Origin: Octopus vulgaris
Taxonomy: Eukaryota
Assembly: GCA_951406725.2 (NCBI GenBank)
Contig: OX597830.1
Coordinates: forward strand, 25,606,001-25,670,000
Direction of reading: 5' to 3'
Length of the DNA stretch: 64,000 nt
This document shows positions 25,572-38,725 of this stretch, in pieces. Made by a program: the position numbers and the translations under genes. The notes beneath the pieces are model-generated. The model was not told the DNA's origin and did not search any database. It was given only the letters and a program-made list of their open reading frames with translations. Position 1 is the first letter of the stretch, and the number at the start of each line of letters is the position of its first letter.

Positions 25572-25679
25572 GGCGCAGGAGTGGCAGTGTGGTAAGTAGC
25601 TTGCTTACCAACCACATGGTTCCGGGTTCAGTCCTTGTGAGTGGATTTGGTAGACGGAAACTGAAAGAAGCCTGTCGTA

Positions 25680-25722
<43 letters not shown>

Positions 25723-25917
25723 ATATGTTTGTGTGTCTGTGTTTGTCCCCCCACCATCGCTTGACAACCGATGCTGGTGTGTTTACGTCCCCGGCAAAAA
25801 GAGACCGATAGAATAAGTACTAGCCTTCCAAAGAATATGTCCTGGGGGGCGATTTGCTCGACTAGAGGTGGTGCTCCAGCATGGCCGCAGTCAAATTACT
25901 GAAACAAGTAAAAGAGT
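25572..25917 (+). mobile_element. SINE family A, both ends present, with small internal deletions and an internal (TA)n
   Basis: ggcgcaggagtggcagtgtggtaag...ggttcagtcc...(TA)n...gtgctccagcatggccgcagtc...gaaacaagtaaaag. Confidence 0.9.
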
Positions 25918-25924
25918 AAAAAAG

Positions 25925-26318
25925 AATAAGTATAAAGAAATTGGCAAAATGTGGAACCTCATGACTAAAAAAATGCCTGTTGTCATAGGTACCCTAGGAA
26001 TGATAGCCAAAGGGGCCGATTCTTACCTAGCTCAGATACCAGGAAACCCCAAAATGTCAGAAATTCCAAAAAATAGTGCTCATGGGAACTGTCCATATCC
26101 TACGTGAGACACTGTCTATGTAATCTCAAATTTTAGAACAAACACATACTTTTCTTATATTTTCTTAAAGATTCTCTAGAATAATACAATGTGCAAAACC
26201 AAATAGATGACACCCCAGGCATAACACCAACTTGAACTTCTAACTTGTTGTCTCTTGAAGTCTCTGGGTGAGACTTGGAGCCAGCTTGTATAAATACAAA
26301 GCAAAAGTCTAACACAGG

Positions 26319-26388
<70 letters not shown>

Positions 26389-26402
26389 TAATAATAATAA
26401 TA
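25925..26402 (+). mobile_element. 3' end of an R4/Dong-clade (RLE) non-LTR retrotransposon ending in (TAA)n
   Basis: KEIGKMWNLMTKKMPVVIGTLGMI...EI(fs)QKIVLMGTVHILRETLSM* resembles the RLE C-terminus; 3' UTR runs into (AAT)n at about 26319. Confidence 0.8.
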
Positions 26403-26545
26403 ATTGATAGAAAAATCCGCAAGCTACTGACTTGTAATAAGATGCACCATCCAAAGGCAGACATGGATCATCTTTACCTTTCCAGCGCTCAGGGAGATCG
26501 AGGTTTGATCCAGCTTGAACTTACGTACAAAACCAATATTGTATA
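26403..26545 (+). mobile_element. Second R4/Dong-clade fragment (post-RT region)
   Basis: DRKIRKLLTCNKMHHPKADMDHLYLSSAQGDRGLIQLE resembles the DRKTRKLLT..HHPKAD.DRLY..R..GGRGL motif. Confidence 0.75.
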
Positions 26546-26724
26546 TCAAACCCAAACTGTTTATATTTAAATTGTTTATCCGCATAATTACTTCTTTATC
26601 AGCTCACCTTGATACCTCTTATAGCAATTCTTTACCTCCGCGGATTTGGTCCCTCTTAAAGTTCGAATCATCTGAGCGCTACCGAGTTTTTTCTATACCG
26701 AGAATCTCTGGATCACATCTGTTA

Positions 26725-26772
<48 letters not shown>

Positions 26773-26999
26773 TATACACACACACAAAATATGGGGGTTT
26801 AGTTCACAAGTGATCTAAACGACTTGGTACGCTAGGTAAGTGCTGTAAGGAATTACCAGGACTCCAAGGTTATAGACGAGAATGTAGTTATGGAGCCATT
26901 GTAGATTTCTGGTATAGCGGATAATATGGTGAGATGGGTAAATTGTCGGATTTTATATTTTTAAATTCGGGCAGGCACATTGTTTTTGATTTTGTCGAC

Positions 27000-27803
27000 T
27001 ACACACATAGTAGGGTCAGTTTGGCACCGTTTGTGAGAAAAGCAACACCATGATGCAATTCACTCTGTTAAAAATTTGGAAACGACATGCTGTACTGATT
27101 GGCATTCGCGCCGGAAGCTCCAATACGAACAGATTATGAAGATACAGAACAACCGTTGGCTTTCTGTGGCCCTAAAACACGTACTGAGAGTGATAAAAAT
27201 CAAACATCCAGTCAACATCATGATGTTTGGTGTGATCACTAGTGATGGCGACGTTATGCCTCCATTTATCTTCCCACACGGCCTCTCACTCAACACAGCG
27301 GCCTACATCAAGTGCCAGAAGGAGGTAGTGCTACCTGGGTCAAGAGGCTGGCTGCTGGAAGAACCTATGTTTGGTAACAGTACTCTGCACCATGCCACAC
27401 AAGCAGGAGAACCCAGTCATGGCTGTCAGACAATTTCTGCGACCACATCACCCCTAACATCTTACCATCTAACTTCCCGGTCTGCAATCCACTTTATTAT
27501 GCGTGGGGCACAGTTGAGCCAGTGACCAACAAAACTCATTGTAACACCAAAGATGAACTGAAGGCAAAGATTATGGCAGCATGCACCAACTTAAACAAGG
27601 AGACCGTCCAGAAGAGTTGCAAGAGATTCCGGAGTCATCTGGAGGTCATAGTTGAAGCGAACGGCGATTTTATTGAATAAATTTACTCTTCAATATTTCA
27701 AGGTATTTTTATGTAATTTTGGTACATATATGTTAAAATGAGATGTCAGTGTTATTTTGATTCTTGCGTAATTTAGACGACAGTTTATTCACCGCACACT
27801 GTA
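27000..27803 (+). mobile_element. Internally deleted DD37D (maT-type) transposon with right terminus
   Basis: HPVNIMMFGVITSDGDVMPPFIF, then QYSAPCHTSRRTQSWL...CNPLYY (37-residue spacing, both D mutated to Y) and C-terminal VEANGDFIE*; ends gtttattcaccgcacactg-TA. Confidence 0.8.
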
Positions 27804-27805
27804 TA

Positions 27806-27861
<56 letters not shown>

Positions 27862-27865
27862 ATAC

Positions 27866-27948
<83 letters not shown>

Positions 27949-27982
27949 CATACATACATACATACATACATACATACATACA

Positions 27983-28017
<35 letters not shown>

Positions 28018-28293
28018 TCTCTGTATTTGGATTTTATTCGCATACACGGCAGCCCCAGTTGCTAACCGTGAACTATAAAATAACTCTTTTCAGCTAAAGG
28101 AGCTTCGATACGGGAAAAATTTATAACCTTCTACACAAATTAACGACTATTGTTCCTGAAATTTGTTTTTTTAATACCTTCTACGGATTGTTCGAAGCTT
28201 ACTAACTTCGTACACCGTGATCCTTCGTTCTTAACTATTTACATATTACTACACACACACATACATGTATGTGTATGTATGTATGTATGTATG

Positions 28294-28324
<31 letters not shown>

Positions 28325-28765
28325 TTTTCTAACATTATCAAAACTGCATCTCAAAAACTAGGCTTTCTTTTTCATGTTTAGATGACTCAAATCTTGTCAG
28401 TTGCTGATCTTTTATAAAGTTGTCAACTGACCCACTTTATTACAAGTAAAGAAAATAAATAAATAAACAACCAGTCAAACTATCAATAATATGAATACAA
28501 AAAATTAAGTTAGATGTAATCAACTCAACATTGCGCGTGAAAAAATGACTCAGTTAATTAAAATTTCTTGATTAGTGGGGCAATAATTAAGAATTATAAG
28601 AAAGGAAGGGCAGAAAGAAAACACGAAAAGTTGATTGTTAGCAACTTTCAAAGTAAAAAGGTGATATCTTGAAGAAACTAAGATTTTAATCTTTTGGAGA
28701 TAATTTACATGCCTAGGGAAAGGAAAAGCCAATATAGTGTTTTTTTTATTTGTTGGTAAAAGATA

Positions 28766-28807
28766 ACTATAGACATGTTTCAGCTTGTCAGACATCATCA
28801 GCTTAGT
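28766..28807 (-). ncRNA. Degenerate minimal hammerhead-like motif
   Basis: Minus strand ACTAAG-CTGATGA-tgtctgacaagct-GAAA-CATG-TC-TATAGT; palindromic ACATGT stem III; weak stem II. Confidence 0.4.
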
Positions 28808-29437
28808 AAAATCTAATCAAATCTTCCGATTCTATGACAAACAGTTTTGCATATAATGAAAATGTTATGAATAATTTTTGGCGAAAATAATTAGCTTAAT
28901 TGAAAAAAAAAACAAAAACATCGCAACAAAGGCTGATAATGAAATAAGCCGTTAGCATAAATTTGGTTGATTATGTAAAAGATTAATGTACCAAATATAT
29001 TGTTGTTGTTTAACCTTGAGTTGGACCTGAATGAACGGGTGCTCCAGCTTGTAATGATCTCGTCAGTTTTTTTTTCAAGATATGGCAATTATTTAACTAC
29101 TTCTTTACTCAAGATATCACACATTAGTTTTAAAAACAGAACACCGTGATTTGAAGATCTGGCTGCAATGCTAGGAAAACGACTGGAGTTTATATACGAG
29201 ATGGGGCTGTAAAGTTCCTGACTTTGGGTAAAATAAAATACAGGGGTATCAGTTAATTATGATTTTATTGAACACATTTCCCTCTCAGATTCGCAAACTT
29301 AGTATAGTGGATCCTTCATTTTTTTCTAAGCCCTGTAAAAGAATAAGATTAAATCATGTTAATGATTATATGGCTAGCATGAAATAAAACCTTGTAGGTA
29401 ATTTATATACTAAATTAATAATTATATATATATAATT

Positions 29438-29668
29438 ATATTAAAGGGATCAGGAAAGAACCTTCTCCAACATGCTGAAAGTAGACGCCAAAGGCGATAT
29501 AAAACCACTGTATAACTCCTACGAAACATGGGTTGTAAGAGAGAAAATGAAAATTCTAAATTAAACCTCACAGTAAATTGTGTTTTGTAGGTGTTACACT
29601 GCTTTTTAGCGCCTTTGGCGTCTACATTCAGCATGTCGGCAAAGGTTCTTTCCTGATCTCTCTAATAT
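29438..29668. repeat. Inverted repeat with about 90-bp arms flanked by (TA)n
   Basis: gatcaggaaagaacctt...gtagacgccaaaggcg versus cgcctttggcgtctac...aaggttctttcctgatc. Confidence 0.8.
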
Positions 29669-30704
29669 ATATATATATATATATAATTATTCATTTAATA
29701 TATATATATATTCATTTATATGCACGTGCGTGTATGCTTGTATATATGTATACGGAAACATACACGCATATACAGACGGACCGACAGAGACACACTTTAC
29801 GCACAAACATTTCAACACAGCTTCATCTGTTACAGCGCATGGATTTTCCAATGAGTAAGCCTACATAGATGACCAACCTGCTAGAAATAATAAGTAAATT
29901 TCACTCAATTCATACTCTGTCTTTAAAAAAAAAAGACTGAAAAAAAAAAGACAAAACTAAAAACAAACTGATGGATATATTGCGTAGCATAACCGAATCT
30001 CTGGAAATAAGTTAGAATGTCATTGGTTAGTAATATTAAACCTTACCATGTTACTTATTAACCTTTACTGCATCTATAAATTAATTTGATTAGATATATG
30101 AAGTAGTTATAATGTCATGCTTTGTTCAACTTCTCTGTGGGTAATAAAACAAGATTTGATTACGCAGCCATTTCAAATATCATTATAATTTCATCAGCAG
30201 GCGTTTATCCTATTTAAACTAACTCTTTGAAATAATATTTGGATATAATTAAGCTTAGTTGGTAGACTTGAATATTTGAAACGCTTTTGGCTGTTAGTTA
30301 TTTTTATGTAAAAAAAACCGATGTGCTAGCAGTGTTTATTTTCAAACTAAATTTTACTACGCGGTATACTCAAAAGTTTGAATGGCCACTGCATTTATAT
30401 ATCATAATCGATAATTTACGTTGTTGATTAACCAGACCTAGATCGAACAAATATTAAATTCGTTCCAGACTTGGTTACCTCATAATTTTTTCAGAAACGA
30501 TGTAATTCAGAATACATTATCCAATGTGCACTTTTTAAGATGTCTGCGAGTGATTTGAGCAAATTTTGGATGCATTTGCTAATTAATCGATCGACTATAA
30601 CAAGATGAGCGAACAGTCACAACTACTACGCCTTTGGTTATAAGTTTGGGCTGATCTGAGGTTAAACAACAGCGACAACAGCAATAATAATAGTTTCAAA
30701 TTTT

Positions 30705-30906
30705 TGCACAAGGCCAGCAATTTTAGGGGTGGCGGTTAATTGATAGCATCGTCCCTTATAAGTGAATGGTACTTATTTTATCGACCACGAAAGATGAAAG
30801 GCAAAGTTGACATCGGAGGGATTTGAACTCAGTATGCTAAGGGCTGGAAAAAATACCGCAAAACATTCTTTCTGACACTTCAACGATTCTGTCAGCTTGC
30901 CGCCTT
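30705..30906 (-). mobile_element. SINE family B
   Basis: gcacaaggccagc...gatgaaaggcaaagttgac...ctgtcagcttgccgcc. Confidence 0.75.
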
Positions 30907-30907
30907 A

Positions 30908-31314
30908 AGAAGAAGAAGAAGAAGAAGAAGAAGAGGGAGGAGACGAACAAAAAGAAGAAGAAGGGGAAAAAGAAGAGGAGGAAGAGAAGAAGTGGAAGAA
31001 AAGAAGGGGAAGAAGTGCTGGGAGAGAAGAAGAAAAAGAAGAATAAGAAGGGGAAGAAGAGGAAGAAGAAGATGAGGAAGAGGGAGGAGACGAACAAAAA
31101 GAAGAAGAAGGGGAAAAAGAAGAGGAGGAAGAGAAGAAGTGGAAGAAAAGAAGGGGAAGAAGTACTGGGAGAGAAGAAGAAAAAGAAGAAGAAGAAGAAG
31201 AAAGAAGAAGCAGAAAAAGAAGAAGCAGAAGAAGAAGAAGAAAAAGAAGGGGAAGAAGAATAGGAGGGAGAAGATGAGGAAGAGGAAGAAGTAGGGGAAG
31301 AAGAAGGAGAAGAA

Positions 31315-31385
<71 letters not shown>

Positions 31386-31445
31386 AGAAGAAGAAGAAGA
31401 AGAGGAAGAGAAGAAGCACAAAAACACGAACAACAACAACAACAA
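30908..31445. repeat. (GAA)n purine tract with an internal duplication of about 148 bp
   Basis: gagggaggagacgaacaaaaag appears near 30932 and 31080. Confidence 0.9.
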
Positions 31446-31969
31446 TAATCTTCCTACTATAGGCATAAGGCCAGACATTTTTGGGGAGGGGCTAGTCGAT
31501 TACATCTACTCCAGAGGTCTTTCTCCAGGTGGCTGCTAGACATGCTTGAAACAACAGTTAAATATTCCTCAACATCGTACTGTCTTAAAGCAGGAAGAAC
31601 ACACGGAATAACGATAAGAAAGATAGGATGTTAATGAGCAGAATATCTTTTGATAAGTCAGAGCTGATCTAGAATTAAAGAAAAGCAACCACAACATTAA
31701 GAAACGAATCTCATTGGAAAATGAGAAACATCATAGAACTTATCTAAATCAATTTCTTTATCAGAAGATCCAGCAATAACATTAGTTAATTAAGGATTTA
31801 AGTATATGTCTAAATATATGCGATCAATTCTAGTTAAGATTATATATTTCCTGACTATTAATCTATATAATACTAGCCAATCTGAAGCAGTACTCGATTT
31901 TATGATACAAACTTCGTATTTTTTTAAAGAGATCTATAAATATTCTATTGAAAATTTATGTTAGATTAT

Positions 31970-32345
31970 GGCGGCGAGCTGGCAGAATCGTTAGCACACC
32001 GGGCGAAATGCGTAGCCGTATTTTGTCTGCCGTTACGTTCTGAGTTCAAATTCCGCCGAGGTCGACTTTGCTTTTCAGCCTTTCGGGGTCGATTAAATAA
32101 CTACCAGTTACGTACTGGGATCGATGTAATCGACTTAATCCGTTTGTCTGTCCTTGTTTGTCCCTTCTGTGTTTAGCCCTTTGTGGGTAGTAAAGAAATA
32201 GGTATTTCGTCTGCCGCTACGTTCTGTGTTCAAATTTCGCCGAGGTCGACTTTGCCTTTCATCCTTTTGGGATGTAATCGACTAGACCCTCCCCCAAACT
32301 TTCAGGCCTTGTGCCTATAGTAGAAAGGATTATTATTATTATTAT
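31970..32345 (+). mobile_element. SINE family B, dimeric or internally duplicated copy
   Basis: Full head at 31970; the ggtatttcgtctgccgctacgttctg...gccgaggtcgactttgcc module restarts near 32200. Confidence 0.85.
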
Positions 32346-32469
32346 AGACGTCGCATAGTATACAGTATCGTGAGGTTGCTGACTGAAGATATTGTGTCTA
32401 CCGGGGTTTGTACTGTTCGTCAAGTCACAAAAAGGACCCCAGACAGACAGTACCTTACGCAATATGTTT

Positions 32470-33365
32470 ATTATTATTATGTGGAAGATAACGACTTTTA
32501 ACTTGTCGCTCCAAGATGCACCACAGATGCTCAATAATATTAAAATCTGGAGATTGAGCGGGGCACTCCATGTGTTGTAATTCACAACGATGCTCTTCAT
32601 ATCAATTCTTAACCACACGAGAGATGTGTATTGGAGCATTGTCATCTTGGAAGCTGCACTCACCACCAGGGAATAATGCCTGGACCATGGGAAGGACTTG
32701 ATTTCCCCAAACATTCAGGTAATCATTGCTGTTGATCCTACCATGCAGGGCAACGACTGGACCAAGAGAATTTCAAGAAATGACTGCTTAATCATCCGTC
32801 ACAGACTCTCCTCAGTGCTCTCTGTAGGAAGACGGCAGTTAGGATTAAAAGCTTCTCGTGGTTGCCTCCATACATAAACTCGCCCTGCAATGGGGAAAGA
32901 GAAAAAACTGGACTCGTAGGAGAATATGACTTTCTTCCATTGGTTAGTCGACCAACCCTTGTGATCTCTACCCCAGTTCAGCCTTTTCTGAATGTTTTGA
33001 CGAGAAAGCAGAAGTTTCCTAATGGCAGCTTTTCCACGATATCCAACTTTATTGAGCTAACAGCGAACAGTTTTGATCGAAACTGGGCTAGTTGATTCAA
33101 CTCTGCAGTCACTTTCGGGGCAGTTGTTCGGTGATTTTTCATTACAATGCGATTCAAACTCTCGTCGGTCTCTTTCAGTGAGATTCGAAGTCCTGTCGGA
33201 ATTACTCCTCCTGCTGGAGGTTTTGCTCTGCTTCTCAAATTCAGTCATGATCCTTGATACGGTAGCTCTCGAAAAACCAAGGGGTTCAGCTGTTCTGGTG
33301 ACGGACGCTCCTGTCATTTGAGCTCCAACAATTTGTACTTTTTCGAACTCAGTGAGGCTTTGAAC
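32470..33365 (-). mobile_element. Decayed Tc1-like (DD34E) transposase
   Basis: N-terminal SLTEFEKVQIVGAQMTGASVTRTAEPLGFSRATVSRI (paired-like HTH); FQDDNAPIH and SPDFNIIEHLW motifs across frameshifts. Confidence 0.85.
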
Positions 33366-33394
33366 AAGTCACTATACTTTACATTGCTCCACTT

Positions 33395-33558
33395 CATTCA
33401 GTTGGCAAAAATGAGTTGTACCTTAATTCAAAGGGCCAGCTTTATATTCTGTGTCAAGTTGAATCTCCTCGAGAACTAGGTGAAGGATACGCGTGTCTGT
33501 AGAGTGTTCAGCCGCTTGCATCTTGAAACCCTCCCCGTCGTAACCGACGGAGTGCCTG
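33395..33558 (+). mobile_element. Partial SINE (CORE-like segment and family C body)
   Basis: cagttggcaaaaatgagttgtacc...gagaactagg...gtcgtaaccgacggagtgcc. Confidence 0.7.
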
Positions 33559-33840
33559 TGGTTTTTAAATTGTTTATCTCCTTGTTAGTCTTCATGAAGC
33601 AAATTTATGATCCGAAGGCTTTCATCAGTGACCATCACACCCCCTATTTCCAAACGCTGTATCTACATTTACTCTTTTTAAGACTGTAGGGTGTAAACTC
33701 TTTTAAGGACTGTAGGGAGATTTAGTTGCTTTTATTTAGCCGGTCAAATAACTCCTTCAAGCAGGGACGGGGAAAATCAAAATTTAGTCCAATAGGTTCA
33801 TTGCACATGAATTGAACAAGTGAGGCATATCATAAGTGAA

Positions 33841-34162
33841 GGCGCGTGGCTTAGTGGTTAGGGTATACGGCTCATAATAGCAAGACCGTGAGTTCAATTC
33901 CCGGCCACGCGTGGTGTCCTTGAGCAAGACACTTTATCTCATGTTACTCCAGTTCACTCAGCTGACAAAATTGAGTAGTACCTGTATTTCAAAGGGCCAG
34001 CCTTGTCATATTCTGTGTCACGCTGGATCTCCTCGAGATCTACGTTAAGGGTGTACGTATCTGTGGAGTGCTCAGCCACATGCACGTTAATTTCACGAGC
34101 AAGCTGTTCCGTTGACCGGATCGACTAGAATCTTAGTTATCGTCATCAACGGAGTGCCACAA
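33841..34162 (+). mobile_element. Full-length SINE (head 2, CORE-like segment, family C body)
   Basis: ggcgcgtggcttagtggttagg...gagttcaattccc...gtgtccttgagcaagacacttt...ggagtgccacaaaa. Confidence 0.88.
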
Positions 34163-34954
34163 AATCATAGGTATGCACGTGTTCGCACGTAGAGATGTTA
34201 ATCGAAATATAATAATGTCTGCATTAATTAACAGGATAATTATAGTTGCAGAAATGAGAAGCTTTCAATTTATATGCTAATCAGATAGAAACTAAAATAT
34301 CTTGCGGTTTCGAATCACAACCATTCCTCTTCCGCAAGTCAATATTCACCCTCGAATCCTGCTATACGTCAGTCAACCAATAAGCACATTAGAGTGTCAT
34401 AGTTTTGCCGCACATTTAACTATAACTGTTGTTCTCTCCAAATTTATCCAAAATATGGTGGCGGTGGCGGCGGCGGCGGCGGTGGTGATTGGAGGTTTAT
34501 TTAGCAGTGTGCATTATTTATACATAGATTACTTGCACGTGCCGCACACGTGCCGAAACTGCATGTCAAATACATGCAACAAGTTAATATATGTGCATAT
34601 ATCTAGCCAAAAATATAAACTGCGTTGTTCGAATTACAACTGCAAGAATGCATTAAAAATATTTTTGTTTTGGACGATTGAAAGCAGCTGATATTAAAAT
34701 GTGTTATTTTCGTTTCAGTTTTAAACAGTTTTCATTTGCCTTTACAGTTTTTTTATTAAAAATTACCATATAGCGTTTTAGGGAATACCTTCATTGCCTC
34801 GGTTAAATTTGGACGTAGGCAAATATTTGGATGTCAGTCGAAGGCGTTTCTTATCCATGATTGGGAGACTTCATTGTTAGTTGGTATCTGTGTTCGTCGA
34901 TGCTGATTAGAGCGGGGAATAGATCAGGCAGGTATCAATAAAATGGCGGGGATC

Positions 34955-34955
34955 A

Positions 34956-34997
<42 letters not shown>

Positions 34998-35235
34998 AAA
35001 AACACATTCATGAATGTTTTCCTCATATGTACACATACATACATACATACATACAAACATACATGCATACATGCATACATACATACATACATACATACAT
35101 ACATACATACATACATACCTACATACACACATGCATACATACATACATACATACATACATACATACATACATACATACATACATACATGCATGCATACAT
35201 ACATACATGCATGCATGCATGCATACATTCATAAT

Positions 35236-35266
<31 letters not shown>

Positions 35267-35313
35267 GGATATATATGCATGGAGATATGTATGTATGTAT
35301 CTATTTATCTACC

Positions 35314-35348
<35 letters not shown>

Positions 35349-35580
35349 TATATATTATATATGATATATATGATATATGATACCTTATATATGTATACAT
35401 ATATATATATACACATATATATACACACATATATTTATTCATATATATATACATATATATATACATATATATACATATATATATATTTATATATACACAC
35501 ACATACATATGTCTATATATATGTAGACACACTCATACATATGTATATACATATATATGTGTGTGTGTGTGTGTACATAC
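34955..35580. repeat. (CA)n/(TACA)n/(TA)n compound microsatellite
   Basis: Directly visible; similar tracts at 27800-28015, 38330-38740, 45980-46520 and 57285-57475. Confidence 0.95.
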
Positions 35581-36252
35581 AGTTACACGTTATATTTTAG
35601 AAAATTTTTCTTGTTCTCAAGAACGACACAATACAACTGTAATCCTGACCAATTGTTTGGTATAACTAATTTACCAGACCGAGATGTTCCGAGCAGCTGG
35701 AAGTAATAACGGCAAGGTTGTAGAATAATTATCCTGGAACCCCGGAGCCGTGTTAGTCAGTGGAACTGAGGGGTAGGTGGTCGGTATGGAGGTGAGTCAA
35801 GGCTTTAGCGAAGAGATGAAAAATGTGTGACCGGGATAGAAAGAATATGAGATGAGACGAATTTTAAGAAACTCAGCATCTAAACCAGCCACAGCAGGAT
35901 TATGTTAACAGTAAAAGAACTTTTGAATTGCCTTGTATATTAGAAACACGAATACTAGACAGAAAAACAAAGAAAACAGATCCTGGGGCCAATATGATAC
36001 TGATTAATTATCTTGATGAGAAGAAAATAAGTAAAAATTTAGATATAAGCATAAATATCAGAATGAGTATGGCTGTGTGGTTAAGAAGCTTGTTCTCTAA
36101 CCGCAAGGTTTTGGGTTCAGTTCCCTGATTGGGCAAGAGTTTTTTTTTTATGGTCATCGATATGCCTTGTGAGTGAATTTGCTTGAGGGAAACTGAAACT
36201 GCGTGGAATATACATACATACATATACACACGCATACAAACATATATATATA

Positions 36253-36415
36253 GGCGCAGGAATGGCTGTGTGGAAAGTAACTTGCTTTACCAACCACATG
36301 GTTCCGGGTTCAGTCCCACTACGTGACACCTTGGGCAACTGTCTTCTTCTATAGTTTCGGGCCGACCAAAGCCTTGTGAGTGGATTTGGTAGACGGAAAC
36401 TGAAAGAAGCCCGTC

Positions 36416-36474
<59 letters not shown>

Positions 36475-36486
36475 CATATACACACA

Positions 36487-36581
<95 letters not shown>

Positions 36582-36790
36582 ATGTATATAAGTGTGTGTC
36601 TGTGTTTGTCCCCCCACCATCGCTTGGCAACCGATTTTGGCGTTTCTACAGCCCAATAACAAGGCGATTCGGCAAAAGAGACCGATAGAATAAGTACTAG
36701 GCTTATAAAGAACGTCCTGGTGTTGACTTTTTTCGACTAAATGCGGTGCTCCAGCATGGCAGCAGTCAAATGACTGAAACAAATAAAATA
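36253..36790 (+). mobile_element. Full-length SINE family A with expanded internal microsatellite; a decayed 5' half precedes it at about 36065-36210
   Basis: tRNA head at 36253; body to cccgtc near 36416; about 180 bp of (TA)/(CA)/(TC); 3' half to gactgaaacaaataaaa. Confidence 0.9.
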
Positions 36791-37014
36791 ATATATATGT
36801 ATATATATATATATACACAAATATGTATGTCTGTATGTATGTGCGTATCTTTGTGTATATATGTATGCATGTATATGTGTATCTGTGTGCATGTATGTAT
36901 GTATGTATCTATGCATATACGTGTGTGTATAAATGTATGTATACAGATGGATACATAATGTATAATATGCATATATTAATACGTACATATACACACAAAC
37001 ACACATATATTCTT

Positions 37015-37435
37015 TGATTCGGTTCAGTCATTTGACTGCGGCCATGCTGTTGCACCGCCTTTAGTCGAACAAATCGATCCCAGGACTTATTCTTTGTAAG
37101 ACTAGTACTTATTCTATCGGACTCTTTTGCCGCACCCCTCAGTTACGGGTCGTAAACACACCAACATCGGTTGTCAAGCGATGGTGGGAGGACAAACACA
37201 GTCAAAAAGCATACAGACATATACACACATATACACACATGCACACACATACACACACACACATATATATAGGCGAGGAATGGCTGTGTGGAAAGTTTCC
37301 GTCTACAACCACATGGTTTGGGTTCAGTCCCACTACGTGACACCTTGGTGCAACTGTCTTCTTCTATAGTGGGCCGACCAAACCCGGAGTGGATTGCTGG
37401 TAAGCAAACTACTTACCGAGCCACGTCTGCGCGTA
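37015..37435. mobile_element. Cluster of SINE family A pieces in both orientations
   Basis: Minus 3' half at 37015-37215, plus 5' half at 37272-37392, minus head at about 37397-37435. Confidence 0.75.
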
Positions 37436-38333
37436 TATAAATATATATATACACATACATATATACTTATATACATACATTCATACATACATTCATACAT
37501 ACATACGTTCATAGATACATGCATACATGCCTTGTGGGTAATAATAAAACAACATGCATACATACATACATTCATGCAGGCGCATACATACGTTCATTCA
37601 TACACACATACATACATACATACACACACATATACATACATACATACATACATACATACATACATACATACATTTCTATCATCGCAGCAAATTTTGGTGG
37701 GAGGTTAGGTGTGTAATCGATCAACTCGACCCCAATACTTGTCTGATACGCCATGTTATCGACGTCAATCGAAAGACGAGGTGAACTCAACCTTTTCAAG
37801 ATTTGAACCCGGAACATGAAGAGCCGCAATCAAACGACACGGCAAAGCATTTTATTTTGTTTTATTTACGAACGTCACAGCTCTACTTCCTCGTGAAATC
37901 GATAGAACTCTAATCACACATCGACTGATACCTTTGATTACGTATAGAGAATCGATTACCTGCATCATCACATCTGCGCTCTCGTCCTTGCCACACACAC
38001 ACAAACACACACACACAAACACACACACACACGTGCTCGCGCGACAGAGACATGAAAGAAAGACGTCAGGTATGACGTTGTAATAGCGTTACTAGAAACA
38101 AGGTAGAGTGGAATGATGCTGTTTTTGCTATGTAAATGGAAGGCTATGAAGCATAAAATATATCTGTTTTCCAGGATTGTTACGTCATGCCGTGATAGCC
38201 ACGCATTTCTTAGATGTGTTTACAACGGAGATGTTGTGCAACATAGTTTGAATTAGCAAAATGCAAATTCACAGATTATTGCAGTTCACTGACACACTTC
38301 TAGTTATCTTCATAAACACTCTTATGTGTGTGC

Positions 38334-38380
<47 letters not shown>

Positions 38381-38383
38381 CAT

Positions 38384-38507
<124 letters not shown>

Positions 38508-38572
38508 TATATACATATATATATACATATATATATATACATACATGCATAAATATATAGATATAGCTATAT

Positions 38573-38622
<50 letters not shown>

Positions 38623-38673
38623 GTATATACCCATACATATATATATACACGTGAATCTGTCTATCTATCTATA

Positions 38674-38725
<52 letters not shown>

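Noticed and set aside
30837-31478. Lys/Glu-rich and Ser/Phe-rich ORFs
   Set aside because: Translation of a (GAA)n tract
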